A stretch of 64,000 nt of DNA. It comes from Haliotis cracherodii (lineage: Eukaryota). Location: NCBI RefSeq assembly GCF_022045235.1, contig NW_027266343.1, positions 29,326,001 through 29,390,000 of the forward strand, written 5' to 3'. Of this stretch, positions 24,626-38,381 are shown piece by piece; positions within the stretch are counted from its first letter, which is position 1, and each line of letters begins with the position of its first letter. Below the pieces are notes generated by a model. The model saw only the letters and a list, made by a program, of their open reading frames with translations, had not been told where the DNA came from and did not search any database. Position numbers and translations under genes: made by a program.

Positions 24626-25523
24626 GGTAATATTTCTAGGTTTGTCAGCCCCATACCCATGGGTTTCGCCAAAGTGGTAAATATGTCAGACCTGCATCCC
24701 TTTGCGCTTTCATCCCACATCTCCCACACTGACTGATTGTGATCCAAAGGCCCTTACACCACTGGACCATCCTCGCCCTCCTTGACTTAACAAACCTGTG
24801 TTGTATATATAGAGTTTCGTAGTATAATAGAAGAAAGAGTTGATCAGTCATGGACATGCTGTTTGTCTCCAGTAAATCAGTGCATAACTACAAGATGCCA
24901 TCAGACACATATCTTTTTACAGCTGCTGCTTCTCGCCATGTAAAGGTTTTTCATTGTTATTATTATTAGTAGTAGTAACATGGTCCTGAGAATTACTGGG
25001 TTGTCTGGCCCAGCCGAATGTATATTGTATGCATTTTTTATATTCGCACATAAATCACAAGGTCGATTTAGAGGAGTTTTGGTCCTGCGTACGGAACAAG
25101 CGTCAGGCTTTGAAACTATTTAGTCTATGATGAGGGAGGATGCATTGTCCCATAATTCTAGCGATAAGAAACCATTTAAGATATTCGTGGTCACTCCTTC
25201 AGATAAGCACTTCTTGTGAACGAGGCGCCAAGTCAACATTAGGCTTGAAACATGACTGGGATCCTGATTCGGTATACGACTTCTGAGAAGAGCAGGGAGA
25301 GAACCAGTCAAGCTGCTAACGTCACGTGATGTTATGACAGTCTCGCGAGATTTATGACGTCGCCTTGACGACACTTTCACTACTGGTATCGCCATTGTTG
25401 TGGTTATACTGCTGTCATATTACAACTTATCTGCTGCCTTTTGCCTTGTCTTGTGCTCATCTCCGCTTGTGAAAACCATGAGCGCATACACCCAAGGTAT
25501 TTCTTTGTTTCTGAATTAGCCAT
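24626..25523 (-). pseudogene. Decayed coding remnant with PHD-like and integrase H2C2-like motifs (probable old TE gene), part of every unit
   Basis: Fragments MANSETKKY.., ICSQWMHIK (12055-12085 in unit A), DHEYLKWF, and ERMQV*HICHFGKTHGYGADK (~3600-3670 in unit A). Heavily frameshifted. Confidence 0.3.
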
Positions 25524-27988
25524 GTTGGCACATTTCCTTGTTTTCTGATTAAATTTCTTAATTAAATTTGAAGTAAGCCGAGACCTAAATCTATTGAAAA
25601 ATTATTCTAGTAGGCCTAGATTTCTACCACCAATCATTCACCATTTATATAAGATTGCATTTTTGTAGCCATTGATAACATGTCCACATCTGAGTCTGAA
25701 ATATGTCCGATATATACTTTCCTTATTCTTATTCTGAAAAGAAATGTTTGTCGTTTATATAAAGATTTTTTTTCAGGTTAAACTGAGGCCATTTCATCCT
25801 TTTCAGTCTGTCGATAAAACAAATCATCTATTTTAAACGTTTCATTTCCAATATCAAAATACTTGTCGGTTGTATCAGATTTAATTTCTAAGGCTGATAG
25901 ATCTAGGCATAGTTGTTTCTCTTCAAATACATATACTAAAAACCACTGGTGTGTTAATTTTGCCTTTTCATAACATAGATATTTGTAGCCCTTCTGTAAC
26001 AACAGTAAAACTAGCTCAGGGTAATATTTGACATCCCACTTTGTCAATGAGGTTGTGGTAGTTTTGTTTCCACAATATTATAATTTTAAAGTTAAACCGT
26101 TCCAAATAAATATACTGAAGATTAATATTAGACTCAATCATAATTATTTTGATGCTTCCAAGGCTCTAATGTGCAAGTGACTTCAAAGAAGGGATAGACA
26201 CGACAGCTAGTCCGTTAGTTCGAGACAAGTGAAAATGGAAAGGGACTAGTTGTTTGTTTTATTCCAAAATCTTGTTGCTTTAATCAAACCACTTTTCTGA
26301 ACTACGGAATCGTTGGATATGACCAATCTGTGGTGACTATCCCTGCAAAGGCTTCCATTCCTATAGATAACACTAACATCAACATAGAAACTTTCCTTTC
26401 TGTCCATCATATGCATGAGATTCACTTACGGAGAAAGTAAATAAACATGTAATGTACAAATAGTAGAATTCTAAAACATAGTATAGCAGCGGCACAACCA
26501 CTGGTTTCATTTTAAAATGATAAAAATAAGCTGCGTATTTAGATCTACGTAAAGTACGCAAAATGAGTTGCTTCCGAACAAATGGGCACGACAACAGTCA
26601 AAACCCCAAGGTTCTTCACGGTGCTGTGCGTAAATACCAAACGTAACCTTTCCACCTAGCGTACCTATTTTCCCCATAGATATTTATTTACTGATCCAAT
26701 TCAGGCGTTACGTAAAAGTGAATTCTACTGCCGTGAATAATTCACAACAGGTGCATCTGGTTCATTGACGTTTAGTCCGGTATATACACATTTAAACATT
26801 TACGACATGTGACAATGGGGCTGCACATGAATGTTTGAAATCACATGACACAATATTTTAAGCTGTATTTGTTGTAAAAACTTAAATTTACTCATTGTTA
26901 AAAAATACTCAAGGGAATAAAAACATATTGAATACCTAAAGAGAATTATCAATACCTAGTAACAATGGTAACGTGAGTAATTACACCATGGCTAAAACAG
27001 TATCTGGAACCCTGTGCTTTTATGAATCTTTCATAACGTTTGTGACAATGACCAATCAATATCATAATATAGAACAAAATAATTAATAGTGTTAATATGT
27101 TCTATCAAGTATTATTCTGTGAATGTACATGCTACGATCACTTAATACCGGAAAACAAATCAATTTCGCAATCATTATCAAAACGAACACTGACAACATT
27201 AAGACTAATTAAACTATTCATGTAACATATGAAATGCATGCCAATTGTACGTCAATACTTAACAAACTTGTATAACGTTCCTACCAGGGTACCTACGAAT
27301 ACACTAACTATATTTCCGCATACACGTACTGACCATTGAGAAAACGTTTCCTTCATATGCAATAATATAGGTTGATGTAATGACTCTCTCTCCTGTGTGA
27401 AAAGGGCGCAATATTAATGCGTCTGGAAAAACACTGTATAATAATAAATCTTAACGATTCTGTTGCTAACACTTATTTTGCTAACGACAAATGTCATAAG
27501 GACAACCCATGAAGATCCAGGTTAGAAAGGTCTTCAGCAAACCATGCTTGTCGTAAGGGGCGACTAACAGGAACAGGTTGTATGTCATCGTATCCCAATT
27601 GCATGGATCGATGTTCATGATGTCAATCACTTGATTGTCTGGTCCAGACTCGATTATTTGCAAACCGCCGTCATATAGCTGGTATATTGCCGAGTGCAGC
27701 GTTGAAACAACAAACAACCACACCATTAGGAAATGTTCATGATTTGAGCATATTTGGATTGGAAGTACTTCCATAGCATCACCAAACTACAGACGCACCC
27801 TTACAACGTTTTGGATGGCAATCAGTCAATGTCCTAGCAAATGTACCTATCTGAAACCCTGGCTTATATACTTGCCTATTCTGAACTGACAAGATGACAG
27901 TGATTGAATGGATCATCAGGACCACTTTAAATTTAAATTTAAAGTAGTTTTTTCCCATTTAACACTCTCATTCTTTCTTTCCTGACAG

Positions 27989-28525
27989 CTCTTGACCTCG
28001 TGATCAGGTTCCCTTTGAACCTTGACATCTGGGCCCCTCCTCGCCAAGTGGGTGTCTTTGGGAATCAGTAATTTACTGTTATTCTAATCAATTACTAACA
28101 TGTGATACCAAAACATATACTGCTAATTTGGAAAGTTATATTCATGAGCAGTATTTAACACGTATCATTATCACTAACGTCCTTAAAATCATAATTATCC
28201 CCTTATTGATCCATTTCCAACAACTATCCTCTTCTTCCTGTACTCCTATCTTCTGTCTCTCTTTACATGTCCTTCTCTCCCTCCCTGTCAGCGTCCTACT
28301 GGGAGATACATGACCATCCTTGAACCCCTGTCAGAACTTCCCGTCCCTTCCACCTCTATCCCCGACCCCGCCCCTCTCTCTGCCTCCGTCCCCCGTGATG
28401 CCCCTTACTTCGTCGATATCAACCTGGATGATGACGACACCCCGACCCAGTCCCCAGTTCGAGTCTTCCTGTCACGTGTGTCTGGATTCTTGAGGAGAGT
28501 GTTCCGTGTCAAGATGGACGCTTAG
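27989..28525 (+). CDS. Putative small orphan gene, copy B (exons 27989-28047 and 28292-28525)
   Basis: Same splice sites and open frame as copy A. Confidence 0.5.
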
Positions 28526-29847
28526 AGTGACATCTTACTACCTCTTAGAACTTGTTTTAATAATTACCCTGGACCTTTAGAATATTAAAAAAAAATAAGT
28601 GATCTCTACATTTTGGGCCATTCGGACTTTTTTAATGTTTTGGATATTTTGATCATTTAGGACCATTTTGCTATTTTTGGACCCCAGAATAAATATTTTT
28701 TTAAATACTAAACCTTCAGTGTTTTTGGACTTAGATACTTTAGATACTTGGGCCATTTTGGATTACCTATAGAAATATGTTATGTGCTTTTGGCTCTTTC
28801 GGACACTTTTGGCTTTACACTTTCAAGATTGGACTTCATTAAATCATTATGATTCAATATTTATTGTTGTTTTGTTTTTTCCATTTAGCCGTTTCTCCTT
28901 TAGTCACGTTGTTGCATACAATCTCCTTGGTTTGTCAGCCCCTTATACCCGTGTGCTTGTGGGTTTCACTAACTGTTGGCAGTATTTGAGGGCTTTTATG
29001 TATGTCAACCGCATTCAGCAGTATTTCAGCTACAGAGAGTCTATTGACTGCAATCGGGGTACAATGACACGCGGTCATCCGAGACACTGACCACTTGATC
29101 CATGGACTTAGTCGCCTCGTACATTCTCGTACCAAGGAAATGGTTTGACGTTGTTATTTCATGAAAACAGACATTATCAAGGACAAAGACAATATATTTT
29201 AATGACAATCATTTAGAATAGAATATTGTGGGTGCTTAATCGTAATAATTACACTTTACTACTACTTTTTTACACTTCGTTTTAGAATTCTCTATTTAAC
29301 CTTTGCCTCCCACCCGTGCGACTGCATTAAAGCTGTCGCCAAGAGATGGATATATGTTGGACACGCACTCTAAAACTTCAACCAAACACAAATAGATGCT
29401 TACACGTTAGTTTTCAATTCTAAAACACTTAAGTCACTACTAGTTTACTCCATTTAGTTTTAGAATTCTCAATTTTTCTTTTCTGTGCGACTTCTTTAAA
29501 GACGTTGCCAAGGGCACATTGTACATAACACGCATTCCTGCTTCAACGAAACACACATAAACGCTTACACGTTAGTTTTCAGTGAGAAACAACACCACTA
29601 GAGTTAATGGTGAACACGATTTAAACAAATAATATTTTTGATTGATTACAGTTCAACATGTCGGAGTTTATCTGCACGGTATCGTATTGTCACGTAATTT
29701 AAGGGACGCAACTCGTGTTCTCTTGGCAGTATCGTATGTAAATAAAGGGACGCAACTGCATGCGTCTCATAGTAAGGCAAACACCTCCCTTGGGTGTGAG
29801 TCTGGGTTTTGCGCCGCTTTTAGCAATATCACGGCGGGGAACACCAG

Positions 29848-30781
29848 GGTCCACGTGCACAAAGCGGTTCTATCGTTACAATTATTGTAAATCCTAAAGA
29901 TCGCGATCTGACGCTTTGGCTTCAATCGCCACCCACTTGTACAAAGCGAATGTAGGCTAAGGTCATTGTAAGCTACAAACGAAACTTACAATTGGTCCGG
30001 ACCAATCTTAAGTAGCTAAAATCGTTGCAGTCCCTCATCAAACTTGACAAAATGGCGTGCAAGACTTGGTCTGTTTCACATAAATAATCTGTTTTACGTT
30101 CAAACATTGCCTCTTTATTTTGTTAAACTTTATGATTCTAATCGACACTTTAACAACATTAAGAACGCACCATAGATTTAACGTTAGAAATAACCACATA
30201 ATTATCGAGCCGAAAGCTTTAGGATTTTACGAAAAGCTCCCTCAAATAGATTATTTACGTGGTATGTCAGGACATATTACTATTATTATTCATTTTAATG
30301 TTCATAATAATTATGTCACTATGTCACTAAGTATGTATTCGTATTTCAATATTGTTGATAAAACACGATTAGGTATTTCTTTAGTTGCAATACAAAACAA
30401 TTCCTAAATCACGACAGTATTAATGCCGACAAAAATATATGCCATCATTCCAGTAATCGTTTCCTTCAAATAATTGGGACCTTTCTTAAATCTGTGCAAG
30501 ATGCGATGGAGGGAGGGTGGTACCGGTTCCACTTACTGTATGCGCAGCAGGTTATGCGTGTCTGCAGACAACTGTAGACAGGAGTCGAGTTTAAGATAAT
30601 CGTATCTCCACCGTTGAAGATTTCGATCTTAGCTAAGATTGCGATCTTAAATCCAAACCGTCTTACAATCGCGCTCAGATCAGTTTGTGCAAGTGGAATA
30701 GGACAGTTGTATGGTGATTGTAAAGTGGATTGCAGGCGCCTAAGATCAATTGTAACTAAGATTGTTCTGTGCAAGTGGGCC
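29848..30781. mobile_element. Harbinger-type MITE, unit C copy (internally deleted, 934 bp)
   Basis: Same TIRs and CAG/GAG flanks as the copy at 16998. Confidence 0.85.
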
Positions 30782-31172
30782 GAGAAATGGGCTCCACACA
30801 TTGTTCTCATGTCAGGAATAGAAGCCGGGTCATTGGCGTGACCCTGTTGCCACTAGCCTACTCCACTACGCCCACCCCCTGGGACTGAGGCCAGAAAACA
30901 AAGGCATCTCCAAAGGCAGAAGGAACCTAGATTCGGCATGGTGTGAATGGAAGACGCGCAAACGTTGTTTACAAATATTTCTTCTCCGACAAAGAAACAA
31001 CCAGGCTGGCCAAATTGTCATTGATTTTGCTCCAGAAAAGTAGCAGGGACAAAACACTACAACGTATATATAATTATATTGGAAGCTTGTTTGGTCGATA
31101 TGTGGGTAAATAGCTGGAGAAACGTATTGATTTGTGTTTCCTTTTTCGTTCATATCTACATACACAGGTGCT

Positions 31173-31427
31173 GTGAAGATCTGGGATAGATTAGGTCTTC
31201 AGTAACCCATGGTTGCCGTAAAAGGCGACTATGCTTGTCGTAAGAGGTGACTAACGGGATCGGGTGGTCAGACTCGCTGACTTGGTTGAAGCATGTCATC
31301 GATCCCAATTCCGTGGAACGATGCTCATGATATCAATCACTGGATTGTCTGGTCCAGACTCGAGTATTTACAGACCGCCGTTATATAGCTGAAATATCGC
31401 TGAGTGCGGCGTAAAACAACAAACCTA
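31173..31427 (+). mobile_element. Family-3 SINE-like element, most complete copy, with 27-bp TSD
   Basis: Flanks tcgttcatatctaca(t/a)acacaggtgct at 31146-31172 and 31428-31454. Single-copy empty site in unit B (~23519-23545). Equivalent copies at ~49205-49450 and partially at ~40315-40465. Confidence 0.88.
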
Positions 31428-34400
31428 TCGTTCATATCTACAAACACAGGTGCTACTTCTATTTTAATTCAAATTCCCTGAGAATGTAGTTGTTGAGAGT
31501 CTGTTGTATATCCCTGTGTTCATTCCGGGTGAGACGACGCCACCAGCACCTCCTGCTTGGAGGAATTAACAAGGATCGGGTGCATCATACATGGATACAA
31601 AGCCTCACTCATGCTATCAACCACTCGACATGCTCGATTTGTATACACGCCGTCGTGAAATGGCTGGAATACTGCTGACAACATTCATTCACTCTTTGTA
31701 CAGCTGTTCCATAGACCCCCATTGGTATTCTAGGTCATGGGTCCAAGTACCCCTGCTTGTAGGTCCCGTATAATGAGGATCGGGTGGTTTGTATAATTAC
31801 ATTGTGTGACCCCGCTGATTGTGTGTGATGGACAGACAGACGATGTGGATTGTTCATGCTGTCGCTGGATTGTGTGGCCCACGTTCTATGCGAAACACAC
31901 TCTTACTGTTGGAAGCCGTGGCAACCCCAATTCACAGATAGTCGTGCTTTGTGATGTAATGACTATTTCCAGTATAAGTCCATGTATTGCAACCAGTCTG
32001 TTAGACTTATGGATAAATCTAGACTGAACAAGCTTTAAACAATGCCAGAACTATTAAGCAATGTTTAGGGTTGAATTTATATGTACTTAGGTTTTACATG
32101 GTTTTTTAGTTGGTTTACGAGACCGACTGTCATAAATAACCTAAAATTATTAATCATTTATTCAGGTTTCATTATAAATATCAATCTCGTTTTGTGAATC
32201 AATCAACTATCAATGACTTTTGCTAGTTGTCATTTCTAACTCCTCTGCCCAACAGTGACTGAACTTACAAGAGTTAATCAAAATATGTGTTGATGAATGT
32301 TCTAATGTAGTAGAACTATTAAGAATATTGTTATTCTCATCAATTTCTGTAGAATCCATGAATCATTGTTATATCTGAGAGATATGAAGCTATGTTGAGT
32401 GATGTAAATAATTAATCATTATTTTTTTGTAAATTGTTGTTATCCACAATAAAATGTTTCAAAGAAATCAATGAAGAGAGTGTGTAAATCAATCAACTAG
32501 ACTGGTGTATGTTACAAATAATGCAATGATATCCGTCACTGTTACTGAATATTCTGAATGATATGGATATATCTGGTTGTTTAGTCAAGGACCACCTCCG
32601 TGGTCTAGTGGTAGAGTGTCTGCCCGGCGAGCGTAAGATCGGGGCTAGATCCCCAGCTATGTCATACCAAAAGATGTTAAAAGATGGTACTTGTTGTTAA
32701 CCTGCCTGGCGTTCAGCAGAAGGAGCTAAAACAAGGCCTGTTCAGCTCGGAGTCGGAGTATACCGTGTCTAAGATGGGTATTCATGTTAAACTGCCGCAT
32801 GGTTTCTCAATTGGCTAGCGCTATAAAATTGGCATTAGTCCGGACTAGTACAAGCAGCCACACACGCATATTGCTATATGAGTACAATAATCTCGAACGT
32901 GATGTTAATCACCATTTCACCTCACCTTTTAATTAATACATGGGGCCATTTTGGGGACCATCACTTATCCTCACTTCTCCAGTATGTACCATTGTCCCTC
33001 ACCTCACTGGCTTTTTAAGTGACTATTCTTACTACTACTAATTGAAAAACAAACACAGTTGCAATTAATAATGTCAAACAGGAGACAAGGTTCTATGTAA
33101 CAATTGTATAAACTAACTAATTTTATTAGAGGTCATTTTCTTCAAATTGTCTTGGGGCATTATCTCTATAACCCACGCAGATTGCTGTCCAGAGTTATGC
33201 CGCTTAGACATACCAGAAACCTTTAATCATGGGTTTGAATCCCTGTTATCCAGGTAATATTTCTAGGTGTGTCAGCCCCATACCCATGGGTTTCGCCAAA
33301 GTGGTAAATATGTAAGACCTGCATCCCATTGCGCTTTCATCCCACATCTCCCACACTGACTGATTGTGATCCAAAGGCCCTTACACCACTGCGCCATCCC
33401 CCTTGACTAAACAAACCAGTGTTGTATATATAGAGTTTCGTAGTATAATAGAAGAAAGAGTTGATATAATCATGGACATGCTGTTGTCTTCAGAAAATCA
33501 GTGCATAATTACAAGATGCCATCAGATACATATCTTTTACAGCTGCTGCTTCTCGCCATGTAACGGTGTTCTGGCCTAGATTGTGTCTGATGGAAAGACG
33601 GAGAGGGTCGATTGGTGTGGATTGTTGTTCGTGCAATCACTCAAAGGGCCATGTAACTGATAACCACGCTGTTAAAATCGTTTGATATGCATCCACTGCG
33701 AGCAAATCACTTAGAAGCTATATTTGAACGAGGCGCCAACTCAACTGATTTCGCTTGAAACATGACTGGGATCCTGATTTGGCATACGACGTCCGAGTAG
33801 AGCAGGGAGAGAACCAGTCAAGCTGCTAACGTCACGTGATGTTATGACAGTCTCGCGAGATTTATGACGTCGCCTTGACGACACTTTCACTACTGGCATC
33901 GCCATTGTTGAGGTTATACTGCTGTCATATTACAACTTATCTGCTGCTTTTTGCCTTGTCTTTGCTCATCTCCGCTTGTGCAAACCATGAGCGCATACAC
34001 CCAAGGTATTTCTTTGTTTCTGAATTAGCCATGTTGGGCCATTTCCTTGTTTTCTGCCTAAATTTCTTAATTAAATTTGAAGTAAGCCGAGATCTAAATC
34101 CATTGAAAAATTATTCTAGTAGGCCTAGATTTCTACCACCAATCATTCACCATTTATATAAGATTGCATTTTTGTAGCCATTGATAACATGTCCACATCT
34201 GAGTCTGAAATATGTCCGATATATACTTTCCTTATTCTTATTCTGAAAAGAAATGTTTGTCGTTTAAATAAAGATTTTTTTCAGGTTAAATTGAGGCCAT
34301 TTCATCCTTTTCAATCGATAAAACAAATCATCTATTTTAAACGTTTCATTTGATTTATCTTTCCAATATCAAAATACTTGTCGGTTGTATCAGATTTAAT

Positions 34401-36401
34401 TTCTAAGGCTGATAGATCTAGGCATAGTTGTTTCTCTTCAAATACATATACTAAAAACCACTGGTGTGTTAATTTTGCCTTTTCATAACATAGATATTTG
34501 TAGCCCTTCTGTAACAACAGTAAAACTAGCCCAGGGTAATATTTAACATCCCACTTTGTCAATGAGGTTGTGGTATCACAATATTATAACTTTAAGGTTA
34601 AACCGTTCCAAATAAATATACTGAAGATTATTATCAGACTCAATCATAAATATTTTGAAGCTTTCAAGGTGCTAATATGCAAGTGACTTCAAAGAGGGCA
34701 TAGACACGACAGCTAGTCCGTTAGTTCGAGACAAGTGAAAATGGAAAGGGACTAGTTGTTTGTTTTATTCCAAAATCTTGTTGCTTTAATCAAACCACTT
34801 TTCTGAAGTACGGAATCGTTGGATATGACCAATCTGTGGTGTCTATTCCTGCAAAGGCTTCCATCCCTATAGATAACGCTAACATCAACATAGAAACTTT
34901 CCCTTCTGTCCATCATATGCATGTGATTCGCTTACGAAGAAAGTAAACAAACATGTAATGTACAAATAGTAGAATTCTAAAACATAGTATAGCAGCGGCA
35001 CAACCACTGGTTTCATTTTAAAACGATAAAAATAAGCTGCGTATTTAGATCTACGTAAAGTACGCAAAATGCGTTGCTTCCGAACAAATGGGCATGACAA
35101 CAGTCAAAACCCCAAGGTTCTTCACGGTGCTGTGCGTAATTACCAAACGTAACCTTTCCACCTAGCTTACCTATTTTCCCCATAGATATTTATTTACTGA
35201 TCCAATACTGGCATCACATAAAAGTGAATTCTACTGCCGTGAATAATTCACAACAGGTGCATCTGGTTTATTGACGTTTAGACAGGTATATACAGTTGTA
35301 AACATTTACGACATGTGACATTGGGGCTGCACATGAATGTTTGAAATCACATGAAACAATGTTTTAAGCTGAATTATTGTAAAAACTTAAATTTACTCAT
35401 TGGTTAAAAAATACTCAAGGGAATAAAAACATATTGAATACCTAAAGAGAATTATCAATACCCAGGGTCAATGGTAACATATGAGTAAATACACCATGGC
35501 TAAAACAGTATCTGGAATCCTGTGTTTTTATGAATCTTTCATAACGTTTGTGACAATGACCAATCGATATCATAATATAGAACAAAATAATTAATAGTGT
35601 TAATATGTTCTATCAAGTATTATTCTGTGAATGTACACGCTACGATCACTTAATACCGGAAAACAAATCAATTTCGCAATCATTATCAAAACGAACACTG
35701 ACAACATTAAGACTAATTAAACTATTCATGTAACATATGAAATGCATGCCAATTGTACGTCAATACTTAACAAACTTGTATAACGTTCCTACCAGGGTAC
35801 CTACGAATACACTAAGTATATTTCCGCATACACGTACTGACCATTGAGAAAACGTTTCCTTCATATGCAATAATATAGGTTGATGTAATGACTCTCTCTC
35901 CTGTGTGAAAAGGGCGCAATATTAATGCGTCTGGAAAAACACTGTATAATAATAAATCTTAACGATTCTGTTGCTAACACTTATTTTGCTAACGACAAAT
36001 GTCATAAGGACAACCCATGAAGATCCAGGTTAGAAAGGTCTTCAGCAAACCATGCTTGTCGTAAGAGGCGACTAACAGGAACAGGTTGTATGTCATCGTA
36101 TCCCAATTGCATGGATCGATGTTCATGATGTCAATCACTTGATTGTCTGGTCCAGACTCGATTATTTGCAAACCGCCGTCATATAGCTGGTATATTGCCG
36201 AGTGCAGCGTTGAAACAACAAACAAACACATCATTAGGAAATTGTCATGATTTGAGCATATTTGGATTGAATGTACTTCCATAGCATCACCAAACTACAG
36301 ACGCACCCTTTCAACGTTTTGGATGGCAATCAGTCAATGTCCTAGCAAATGTACCTATCTGAAACCCTGGCTTATATACTTGCCTATTCTGAACTGACAA
36401 G

Positions 36402-37064
36402 ATGACAGTGATGGAATGGATGATCAGGACCACTTTAAATTTGTCTAAAAGTAGTTTGTATACTGTCTTAAGTTGATTTTGTTGCATTTTTTCCCATTTA
36501 ACACTCTCATTCTTTCTTTCCTGACAGCTCTTGACCTCGTGATCAGGTTCCCTTTGAACTTTGACATCTGGGCCCCTCCTCGCCAAGTGGGTGTCTTAGG
36601 GAATCAGTAATTTACTGTTATTGTAATGAATTACTAACACGTGATACCAAAACATATACTGCTGATTTGGAAAATTATATTCATGAGCAGTATTAACCAC
36701 GTATCATTTTCACTAACGTCCTTAAAATCATGATTATCCCCTTATTGATCCATTTCCAACAACTACCCTCTTCTTCCTGTCCTCCTATCTTCTGTCTCTC
36801 TCTACATGTCCTTCTCTCCCTCCCTGTCAGCGTCCTACTGGGAGGTACATGACCATCCTTGAACCCCTGTCAGAACTTCCCGTCCCTTCCACCTCTATCC
36901 CCGACCCCGCCCCTCTCTCTGCCTCCGTCCTCCATGATGCCCCTCACTTCGTCGATATCAACCTGGATGATGACGACACCCCGACCCAGTCCCCAGTTCG
37001 AGTCTTCCTGTCACGTGTGTCTGGATTCTTGAGGAGAGTGTTCCGTGTCAAGATGGACGCTTAG
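36402..37064 (+). CDS. Putative small orphan gene, copy C (exons 36402-36450 tentative, 36528-36586, 36831-37064; 113 aa if all are used)
   Basis: MTVMEWMIRTTLNLSK-T-LDLVIRF...-RPTGRYMTILEP...VKMDA*. The first donor (GTAGTT) is weak. Confidence 0.5.
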
Positions 37065-38381
37065 AGTGACATCTTACTACCTCTTGGAACTTGTGTTAAT
37101 AATTACCTTGGACCTTTAGAATATTAAAAAAAATAAGTGTTCTCTACATTTTGGACCTTTCGGACTTTTTTTTAATGTTTTGGATATTTTGATCATTTAG
37201 GACCATTTTGCTATTTTTGGACCCCGGAATAAATATTTTTTTAAAATACTAAACCTTCAGTTTTTTTGGACTTTTTAGATACTTGGGCCATTTTGGATTA
37301 CCTATAGAAATACGTTTTGTGCTTTTGGCTCTTTCGGATACTTTTGGCTTTACACTTTCAAGATTGGACTTCATTAAATCATTATGATTCAATATTTATT
37401 GTTGTTTTGTTTTTTCCATTTAGCCGTTTCTCCTTTAGTCACGTTGTTGCATACAATCTCCTTGGTTTGTCAGCCCCTTATACCCGTGTGCTTGTGGGTT
37501 TCACCATCTGTTGGCAGTATTTAAGGGCTTTTATGTATGCCAACCGCATTCAGCAGTATTTCAGCTACAGATAGTCTATTGACTGCAATCGGGCTACAAT
37601 GACACGCGGTCATCCGAGACACTGACAACCTGATCCATGGACTTAGTCGCCTCGTACATTCCCGTACCAAGGAAATGGTTTGACGTTGTTATTTCATGAA
37701 AACAGACATTATCAAGGACAAAGACAATATATTTTAATGACAATCATTTAGAATAGAATATTGTGGGTGCTTACTCGTAATAATTACACTTTACTACTAC
37801 TTTTTTACACTTCGTTTTAGAATTCTCAATTTAACCTTTGCCTCCCACCCGTGCGACTGCATTAAAGCTGTCGCCAAGAGATGGATATATGTTGGACACG
37901 CACTCTAAACTTCAACCAAACACAAATAGATGCTTACACGTTAGTTTTCAATTCTAAAACACTTAAGTCACTACTAGTTTACTCCATTTAGTTTTAGAAT
38001 TCTCAATTTTTCTTTTCTGTGCGACTTCTTTAAAGACGTTGCCAAGGGCACATTGTACATAACACGCATTCCTGCTTCAACGAAACACAAATAAACGCTT
38101 ACACGTTAGTTTTCAGTGAGAAACAACACCACTAGAGTTAATGGTGAACACGATTTAAACAAATAATATTTTTGATTGATTACAGTTCAACATGTCGGAG
38201 TTTATCTGCACGGTATCGTATTGTCACGTAATTTAAGGGACGCAACTCGTGTTCTCTTGGCAGTATCGTATGTAAATAAAGGGTCGCAACTGCATGCGTC
38301 TCATAGTAAGGCAAACACCTCCCTTGAGTGTGAGTCTGGGTTTTGCGCCGCTTTTAGCAATATCACGGCGGGGAACACCAG

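Noticed and set aside
30466-30841. Recurrent 114-aa and 75-aa ORFs (MRTMCG.. / MKIS..)
   Set aside because: They span the SINE/MITE junction and subterminal repeats and recur only because the unit is duplicated.
36285-36450. Selenoprotein-like TGA read-through frame (..VPI*NPGLYTCLF*TDKM..)
   Set aside because: No SECIS was recognised, one TGA is GGA in copy E, and silent changes favour a different frame.
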